This document shows, piece by piece, positions 54,959-64,000 of a DNA stretch of 64,000 bases (positions are counted from its first letter, which is position 1; each line of letters starts with the position of its first letter). The notes beneath the pieces were generated by a model. That model ran no database searches. It was not told where the DNA came from and worked only from the letters and a program-made list of their open reading frames with translations. The DNA is from Yuukianura sp. NJ FZ-2021. Its lineage: Eukaryota. The DNA is taken from positions 3,782,001 through 3,846,000 of the forward strand of contig CM102283.1 in assembly GCA_046563655.1 (NCBI GenBank), given 5' to 3'. Position numbers and translations under genes: made by a program.

Positions 54959-57662
54959 ATGGCATCGAAAAATCCAGAATGTTCGTTTTTGGAAGTGCTA
55001 AGACACGGAATTCCACTGGATCCACTTCCGCCAAAGTCCAGTGGAAGGAGTTCCAGTGTTCCACATGCTCCAGTACGCAGAGTTCCACTTTCTGGAGAAG
55101 AAAGGATACTGGCAGTATCCAATGCTCTCAGATACTTCCCTACTCGTCTCCATGACAACCTCCGTCCAGAATTTGAAGAGGAGCTGGACAACTATGGGCA
55201 CATTTACATGTACCGATTCCTGCCGACGTTTGACATGAAGGCGTATCCCATCCACTTTTATCCGGCCAAAACAGACGAAGGACGGGCAATTATGCTCATG
55301 ATCTCCAATAATCTGGATCCAAAAGTGGCTCAGTTTCCACATGAACTGGTCACTTATGGCGGAAATGGCCAAGTTTTGTCCAACTGGGCACAGGTTTCTG
55401 AAAATTTTAAAAAAAAATTACTTTTCAAATTGTGTTTAAATTTTTTTTTTGAAATTTTGAAATTTACTTTTTAGTTTTGGTTGGTGATGAAGTACTTGAG
55501 TGAAATGACGGAGACGCAGACGCTGTCCATGTACTCTGGACATCCCCTCGGGCTGTTTCCGTCGAATCCAGGTATATCAATTTCATAAAAAGTTCATTTT
55601 TCGAAATTTTGAATTCGTTTTGAATTTCAAGTATTTTCCAATTCCACAATTTCAGAGAATCCGCGAGTTGTCATCACAAATGGAATGATGATTCCAAACT
55701 ACTCGTCGGTCAATGACTACGACAGGAACTTTGCCCTAGGCGTGTCAATGTATGTTACAAAAAATGTTCAAAATTTCGAAAAGTTAAGGATTTTGAAAAT
55801 TTGGAAATTTTGAATCCTAGGTACGGTCAGATGACTGCCGGTTCCTACTGCTACATCGGTCCACAAGGAATCATTCATGGAACAACTGTAACTAAAAACA
55901 CATAGAAATTCCTCGATCAAAATTTTGAAATTTTAAAATTCTTAAATTTTTTTTTCCCAGATTACTTTGCTCAATGGTGGACGAAAATTTTTGAAAACGG
56001 ATTCCCTGCGAGGGAAAGTTTTCGTTACGGCTGGTTTGGGTGGAATGTCAGGAGCACAGGCCAAGGCTGCCGTGATTGCCGGGTGCATCGGAGTCATCGC
56101 TGAGGTAACTTTTCTAAAAAATCAAAATTTTGAAAATGTTTCAAAATTTTAAAAAAGTTGAATTACTATAGGTAAGCTGGGACGCCTTGAAGAAGCGGTA
56201 TGACCAAGGTTGGTTGTTAGAAGTCTACAAAGACTTGGACCAAGTCGTTGAGCGAATCCGGGCAGCCCGAGAGGCTAAAGTGAGCACAAGCATCGGTTAC
56301 CATGGGAACGTCGTTAACTTGTGGGAGCGACTGGTCGCCGAGTACGAAGCGACTGGCGACATACTTGCTGACTTGGGATCTGACCAGACGTCGCTCCACA
56401 TTCCATATGACGGTGGTTACTATCCGGTTTCCATTGGATACGAAGAGGCCCAGGGCATGATAGCGGCAAATCCAGCACAGTTCAAAATTTTAGTTCAGAA
56501 AAGTTTGCGGCGACATGCTGCAGCAGTTAAGAAGTTGACGGATGCTGGCATGTTTTTCTGGGACTACGGAAACGCTTTTCTGCTGGAAGCGGGCAGAGCA
56601 GGCGCAGACATCTTCTGTCCACACAATCCTAAGCAGTTCATCTACCCTTCTTATGTCGAGGCCATCATGGGGTCAGTTCCAAAATTTTGAATTTCTAAAA
56701 AAAAAAAAGTTTCAAAATATCAAAATTTTTCAAAATTTCAAAATTTTATGAACTTTTTGTGAACTCACAGTGACATTTTCTCGCTGGGTTTCGGTCCGTT
56801 TCGTTGGGTTTGCTGCTCGGGTGACCCCGCTGACCTCCAGAAAACGGACGACGCTGCCGCTGCAGAATTTGAACACCAACTGAAAGGCAAGCAAAGTTTG
56901 AAAATTTGAAAATTTTCAAAATTTCAAAATTTGAAACTTTTCGAAATTTTAGACAAAACTTTGGACCCTGCTGTAAGAAGTTTGTATGAAGAGAACCTAC
57001 AGTGGATTCGGGAAGCTCAGCAGCACAAAATGGTGGTCGGATCGCAAGCTCGGATTTTGTACAGCGACGCCGTCGGCAGGATTCGGTTGGCCACGAGGTT
57101 CAACGAGCTCATCAAATCTGGAGAACTCAAGGTTCGAAAACCAGAAAACTCAATTTTTTTTAAATCCAAAATTTCAAAATTCAAAATTTCAGGGTCCAGT
57201 TGTGATTAGTCGAGATCACCACGATGTGTCAGGAGCCGACAGTCCATTTCGTGAAACGTCGAATGTTACTGACGGAAGTAAGTTTACTGCTGACATGGCT
57301 GTGCAGAACTTCATTGGAACTGGCTTACGTGGGGCCACTTGGGTGGCTCTGCACAACGGCGGTGGCGTCGGGTGGGGCGAGGTTATCAACGGTGGCTTCG
57401 GCTTGCTTCTCAATGGATCCAACTCCTCCGTGGCCCAAAACCTGTTGACTTTCGACGTCAACAACGGAATAGCAAGGAGGTAATTTTTCAAAAACTTCAA
57501 AATTAAAAAAAAAAAATCTGAATTAGAATTAAATTTTAATTTCATTTTCTGATTTTCAGAGCGTGGGCTGGAAACGAAAACGCTTTGAAGGCAATTACCA
57601 GAGCGATGGAGCTCAATCCTTCAATCCGTGTCACACTTCCAAATTCAAATTCTACAAACTAA
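54959..57662 (+). CDS. UROC1: Urocanate hydratase (histidine catabolism), eukaryotic type
   Basis: Motifs NALRYFP, YGHIYMYRF, NNLDPKVAQFPHELVTYGGNGQV, YGQMTAGSYCYIGPQGIIHGT, GLGGMSGAQ, SDQTSLH, FWDYGNAFL, RDHHDVSG and WVALHNGGGVGWG. Confidence 0.97.
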
Positions 57663-57857
57663 TTAACATTGTCAATTAATTAAAAAAAATCAGAGTCAAA
57701 ATTTTGAAACATCAACACTCGAAAGTACAACAAATTTTTAAAAAAAATGGATGGATTAAAACTGACACACACACGCAACCTGCATTCACAAAATTGGCAC
57801 TTTTCAGTTACTTAAAAACGCTGGAAGCTTCAAAATCGCTGATTGGACGCTGAACTT

Positions 57858-60800
57858 TTAGTTCTTTTCGATAAGTCCCCACTTTTCAGCGATTTTCAGC
57901 GCTTCCTGAGCTCGTTGTCTGATATTCTGACGCTGCTTGGCCACTTCTGGACTGTCAGTTTCTTTACTTGTGACTTCACTTTGTGTCAAAGCCATCAGGA
58001 CCTGGAAGTATTTCCCAAAAATAGTTTTTTTGAAATAAACTTTTTGAAAAAAATTCAAAATACTCAAAAATTTTGAAAAACTGACCTCGAATACTGGTGT
58101 TCCGACGATTTGTTCAGCCAATTCCCGATCAGCTTCTAAAATATTCCCCACAATACTGACACCGCGGAGCTGCAAGTCCACGATGGGATTGGCCACCAAC
58201 CAAATCAAAATCTCCAGCGAATTCTTCACACACGTCAAAATTTTAGCACAAATTTTGCGGTTTCCATTGGAAACGATTGCCAGCACAGCGGATGCTGCCT
58301 TCATCGTCTCGATTTCCTCTTTATCTTCTTCATCCAAGTCTTCTGGAGCAGACGACAGCAGCAGCATGTACTTTACCCGGTCATTCTCACCTTCAAACAA
58401 CTAAAAAACACAAAAAACATAAAACACAAAACTTTTCCAAAAAACAATTTTCAAAATTTTAATTTAGGTACCTCCACAATTTTTTCAGAAAGTGCCAAAT
58501 TCACCATCAGCTGCACCGCTGCTCGTCGTATCATTTGATGATCCTCATAAAGGTAATGCTCAATCTTACTCAGTCCACCGTCTTTGATCATGCGCTGTCG
58601 ATGTGCTTCTGATTCTCCAGCGATGTTACAAAGTGCCAGCAGCGATTCAAAATTTTGAAGCGCTGGACAATCGATTTCCAGCAGCGACAAAAGAGGCTTC
58701 ACGACTTCAAAACTTCTTTGGCCCGGAAAAGCTACTGAAGGCGGTTGGCTGATTCCGATACGCGCAATCGCTTGAGCAGCCAATCGCTTTCCTGGAACAA
58801 AAAAAAAAAAGTTGAAAAAAACGAAAATTGCAAATTTTTTCAATTTTTTTTTTGAAAAGTTGTGTTACCTTTTGGCGTGGCATTTTGCGAAATGCGAATC
58901 AACTCGCGTGCACCGCCACCAGCAACTACTTTGCCACGATGAACTTCTTTTTCACAAATGGCATTGAGTATCCTGGCAATAAGTTCCAAAGTATTTGCAG
59001 TTTCTGTGGCTTTGGACAGATTGACTAGACAAGAGGTCACGCCGAGGTCAACCAGCACTTCCACTCTCTTCTCAACAAAATCTGGATCATCAAATTCATG
59101 CTCTTCAGGGATGTGATGCTTGGCAAATTTGGCCAATTCAACCATTTCTGGAACGAGTTCTTGCTTGTCATAGGCGTTGACGAGGTTGACAAGACAAGTG
59201 ATGATTGGATACAAAATGTCGCCCATTTTACTCGCATGAGATGATAGATCAAGCAGAGCCTTCAGAGCCTTCTGGTCCTGAAATTATAAAAAATTTTGAA
59301 ATTTTGAGTTGAGAATTTTTGAAAGATTTTAGAGTTTTCAAAATTTTTAAAATGTTGGCACCTCGACAAGTTTTTCCTTGACTTCTGCGTCCAGGGTGAG
59401 ATATGACAGACCCTCGATGGCCCACTTCTGAATGCTGAGTTCCTTTTTTGAACTGAGGAGGAACCGTCGGCAAGCATCGGCCAGTTTCAAGTTGGCTCCA
59501 TCTTCAAATGGTTTCCAAGAAGCATCAGTACCACCAGTACTTCCAAGTTTGCAGAGTCCAACTAAAGCGCGAACTTTGATTTCGTCGCTGGGTGATTGGT
59601 AAAGACGCTTCAAAATGTTGATTCCCTCGGTGATGATTCCTTTTGCCTTGTCCTTCTTGGACGCTGCAGCAACTATTGCTTCAGAAGCAACTCTCTGGAA
59701 AACAACAACAAATTGAGGTTTAGAAAACTGAAATTGAATTTGAAAAGGTTGAATTTAAAAATATTCCATTGAGTTTGAAAATTCGAAAAGTACCTGCTGG
59801 ACAATATTTTCTGAGTTGGCCATGACTAGAATCATTTGCAGAATTCCTGCTCTTCCGAGAACAGTATTTCCAACATCGATTGGACCCAACAAGAGACATG
59901 TGAGCACCGAAATGGATTTGATCTTGGCTTCAAAGTCAGGCTCCAGCAAAAAGTTTCTGAAACACAAGTCAAATCGCTGAATCACTGGAAATACTGTTTC
60001 GAAAAGTATTTTGAACTTACTTGAGAACTTTGTCGACAATTTCAATGTATCTATTCCTGGCAGCATCGTAGCATAAGTTATCATAGACTCTGCTAAGGAG
60101 GACGGAGGTCAAGTTTCTAGTATTGGAGGTCAGGCCCATTGCAGACTCCGATTTCAGTTCAGGCACTTCCGCTGCAACGTCAATCAAGCGTTCCAGCGCT
60201 CCAGCGTCCATAAACTCTTCTCCCCAACATAACGAATTCACATCTGCAAAAGACAGATTTTCAGTTTCAAAATTTTGAAAAATTTTAAACTTTCATTAAA
60301 ATTTTGCAATCAAAATTGAAATCTCACCGATTGTTTTTATGAATAGTTGGAGTATTGCATCTCTTGCTTCCGGCAAAATACTGCGACTGTTGATCCCCAC
60401 TGCTAAAGTTTTGAGAAACGACTCAATCATGGTCATGTTGGCTTTAAGTAACTCTTGATTCGGCTTTTCGTTTTTCTTAATTCCAGACAAGGTGTCAAGG
60501 ACGGATTGCCAGAGATACTGGATCGGAGTCAGAACTTCCTCAACCAAGTCCTTATTAGCTCTCACAGGAAGTGGCAAGTCTTGTAGAGTCACGATGAACG
60601 GAATTCCTAAACTTCCAACTATCCTTTTGCACTGAAAAACAAAAACGAAGTTAAAACTTTTCAAAAAATTTGGATTCTTGTTTTTGTATTTTTGATTTCA
60701 TACCATTTCGACGCTGAATTTGATCGCTTCGGATATCGTCCTTATTCCGGTGACTTTACGTCGCATTTCCTCCACCGTCGAATCTTTGTGTTGAAGGAGC

Positions 60801-61531
60801 GATTTCAGCTTTTCTAACAGTCCCAAGTCTAACAAGGCTTCCAGCCCTGCTCGTTCTCGACACAAGACAAGCACATTGTTCAATCCACTCTCTCTGTCTT
60901 CTTCGTTTGAACTCGGGTCAAAGGCTAAGTTGAGCATGCGAGATGCTTTTTCCTTCACTTGTGAAAATGTGGTTCTTCTTTGCTCAACTGCTGCATGGAG
61001 TCGGGATAGAAGAGGTGTGAGTGTTTTGGCTTCTGCTGGTGACGATACGAGGGCTTTCTGGGCGTCACGGTAAGCTTCTTCGTATCGCTCTAGCCCTTCA
61101 AGGGCTGTGGCCCTTCGGTAAAGCGTTTTTGGATCCTGCGGAGAGATGTCTAAGGCTAAAACAAACAAAAAAGTAGCTGTAATGATCGTCAGCACAATCA
61201 AGATTCCAAGTACTTGTGATTTCTAAGGTTGAGCTAACCTTTGTCACAGTGCATCAGAGCTTCTTGGAACTTGTTTAGCTTCAAGTAGTAAGCTGAAGTG
61301 TTTTTATGCAAAACTGAAGTCAAGTCCTTGTCGCTCGAGTTAGCAAGAGAAATTGCCTAGAGACAAAAACAAAAGCATGATGAGATTTAGCACAAGATTT
61401 ACAAATTGCAAGTATAACTGTATCTGGGTAACCTTCAAGGAAATGTCAATGGCTTCTGGATAATTTCCACTCGTGAACAACTCGTTAGCTCTAAGTTTTA
61501 ACTGCATCGGTGATTCTTCTGGGTTTGCCAT
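57858..61531 (-). CDS. unc-45: UNC-45 myosin co-chaperone (TPR + central ARM + UCS domains)
   Basis: TPR motifs (LKLRANELFTSGNYPEAI, KTLYRRATALE), IKVRALVGLCKLGS, WAIEGLSYLTLDAEVKE, LAKFAKHHIPEEH, AAQAIARIGI, LQNFESLLALCN and EHYLYEDH. An alternative upstream ATG lies at 61546. Confidence 0.96.
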
Positions 61532-62882
61532 CCTTTCCAAACGCATTTGCCGAAGACTGTCGTCACTACCGGTAAGCAGTTTTGGTAGAATACTTCCACT
61601 TTCCGCGACTCCACCAGTTTCTAGGTGACTGATCCCAAGTCTCGGTACTAATCCACTTCCCGATTCCGTTTTTGGAACGGTTCCAAGAAACTACGAAAGT
61701 GGTAGAAAATTCTAGAGTGTTTAAAAAAAGAGTAAACATGTGTTTTTTTCTAAACAAAGTTTTAAAAACCCGAGTTCCTTGATATTATTTTCGCGGGGTT
61801 TGAACTTTTATCAAATCACAATAACGAGAAATAAGAAATCACATAATGCATCAAATCGGTTCGCTGCCTACACTCAACTTTATACTTTTACTTTTATTCA
61901 TTTTTTTACTTGATGATAATTACCTTGTTAGGTTGACCGAGAACGAATTTATCTAACTGCTAATATCTCTGTTGTATCATATAAAATGCGGGTAATATAC
62001 TATAATAAAATTGTTATGATAACCTAGATTATTTTTGCATATTAAGTTTTGATGGGGTCTATGCTTACATTTGTATTTACATTAACGGGTAAGAGGCAGC
62101 GTTTGTTTACGATTTGGTGTCAGCCATTGTCATTAGCAACAAAGCAAAATCACTGCTCAAACTTGCAAAAGTCGGCACTGTTTCCAATGATTGACAAACC
62201 AAAGTTTTTCGCAGGATAGGAATTCAAACAACCTTGTGCCCATGGAGACGGTTGATTTCGGTGCCGATATTTGCAAATTATTGAATAATGTCAGAATTAC
62301 ATCTGTTTTGTCTTATAACTTTTTTATTATAAGACCTAAAAATGCGTTTGAGGTGTCTAAAAATCCGGACCATGGCGCATAATAGTTAGGGGCCAATTTC
62401 CAAATTTTTTGTGTCATACAATACTTATACAAAATTGAACCTTTGTATCGGATTTTTAGTATCATTCAGCTGCTAAAAGTCAAATTCTGAGCCCTAATAA
62501 TTATTCTGCGAATATCAAGGAATTTTTAGAGCTATTGTACAAATTTCTAGGTCATTCCTGTGACGACTTATTAAGCCTGAAAGTTAATTAATTTGAGGCA
62601 AAACGAGACCCACCGTTGCCATGTCTTATTCCTTCTTAATGTAAATTTCGGCATTGTCGAACAACTACTTATTTACCGAAACTTGGTTTGCAACAAAATT
62701 CCGTACTTTCAGTCCATCACCTCAGAAATTTCGTCGCACTCATCTAACACAACATCTACCAGATCCGGTACATACGTCGCTAATAACAGGAAATACCACC
62801 ATAAATCGTTAGGTTAGGAAATACCTAACCTAAGCGTCTCATCAACTTATCACCCGAGGAATATCGTTCACTACTAACCAGT

Positions 62883-64000
62883 CATGAAATTGAGCCTTCC
62901 AAGGTCAATGCTCCAGCATTGCATCCCAACAACACACAGGAAACTCACTCAGTTTTAACTTTGGATTATGGCTATGGTTCTAACAGTCGAATGAACACCC
63001 TCCGAACATGGAAGTTATAGGTTGTGGTTGATTGAATTATGAATCGTAAGTCGTAAGTGAACAAATGCTTGAACTTAGGAACGGAGACGGAAATCCACTC
63101 TGTCCTCAAGGAAATGTTTTCAAAACAAACCTATGTATCAAAGGCAATTGACTGCGTCAAGCTGGAGTCGGCAACCATGATATATCTGGAATTTGAAAAC
63201 AAGAGCACAGTAGAAGCGGCTATTTCTATGGTCACCAATGGTCTGGAAAAGGAAGTGGAAAGAGATATCAAAGTTCTTTCAACAAATGTGTTGCTTGAAA
63301 GACTTGGTTAGTGTTGGCAGAAGATATCACTATTAACCATACAATGTAAAATTATGTAGATATTGAATGATTTTTTGCTGTTTTTTTGTATTGCGGCAGT
63401 TGGAGGATCAAAGAAGCAGTGCTAGGCCCGAATACCGGATTCAGTCAGCAATGTGAGAATCCCAGAAGGTGCTAGGGTTACTCGTCTGCTACTATTTTCG
63501 GCAGATGTGAACTTTCTAGTTTATGACGAATTGGAGTAAGTTTTATGTACATATTATGTATGTATTTGTCTACTATTTCCATTTTTCTAATAGTCAACCC
63601 TGCTAACCACCCTTACTATGTAAAACAATAATAAAATTATTATTGTATTTATTTTCAGAGAAATCGAAGGTCTCGTGGGCATTTTCTGTGACAGCAATCA
63701 CTTTAATAAAGTAGAGTCCGTAGTTACCTTGATTGGATCCGAAGACGCTATAGCAACCGCGTGTAAGGAGATATTAAATGTTCTGCAGCTCAACTATTTG
63801 CGCATCATCGTGAAGACTGAAAACATGAAGCAAATCATCGGACCGATCGGTTCAAAGGTAAAGAGCATTCAATGGCAGACGAAAACTGCAATAACATCCC
63901 AGCTTCATGAAATTGGCAGCGTAAACGCTGTATCAACAAACTCGCTGGTTACTATTAAATCAAGCAGTCAATCGATTGAGGAAGGTGCCAAAAATGTTGC
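62883..64000 (+). pseudogene. KH-domain RNA-binding-protein-like sequence with in-frame stops, running off the window
   Basis: Last exon LRIIVKTENMKQIIGPIGSKVKSIQ has a KH-type GxxG loop. Predicted splicing gives an in-frame TAG at 63423-63425, and three more stops lie in frame at about 63018-63056. Confidence 0.45.

Noticed and set aside
54959-57662. Urocanase as bacterial horizontal transfer
   Set aside because: It has the eukaryotic N-terminal extension and about nine host-style introns.

Overview
Eukaryotic (animal) genomic DNA from a compact, AT-rich genome with many short (~55-80 nt) introns. An unzipped-like gene together with a P2X receptor suggests a non-insect or early-branching arthropod (inference only). 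Bases 1-18,800 are gene-poor: two coding exons of an unzipped-like gene, several MITE-like repeats, a young non-autonomous LTR retroelement (12759-15441) and a candidate Pol III small RNA (~17.0-17.1 kb). Bases 18,800-61,600 are gene-dense: an orphan protein with an N-terminal MYCBP-like domain, enoyl-CoA hydratase, a PRMT, a coiled-coil ORF, a motorless axonemal dynein heavy-chain tail gene, P2X, Nedd4, SLC38A9, a SHIPPO/PGPGxY-type ciliary protein head-to-head with CFAP61, TBC1D13, a two-repeat filamin-like mini-protein, urocanate hydratase and UNC-45. A KH-domain pseudogene-like segment runs off the end. Top observations: (1) a 174-bp MITE with a 9-bp target-site duplication sits inside a P2X coding exon and appears spliceable as a new intron at the cost of one codon (introner-like intron gain); (2) an intact dynein tail-only gene; (3) RFX X-boxes marking several novel genes as ciliary; (4) a vault-RNA-like Pol III unit; (5) an apparent excess of GC-AG introns and two compositional intron classes. 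All gene identities come from recognising translated motifs by eye; no database search was run.
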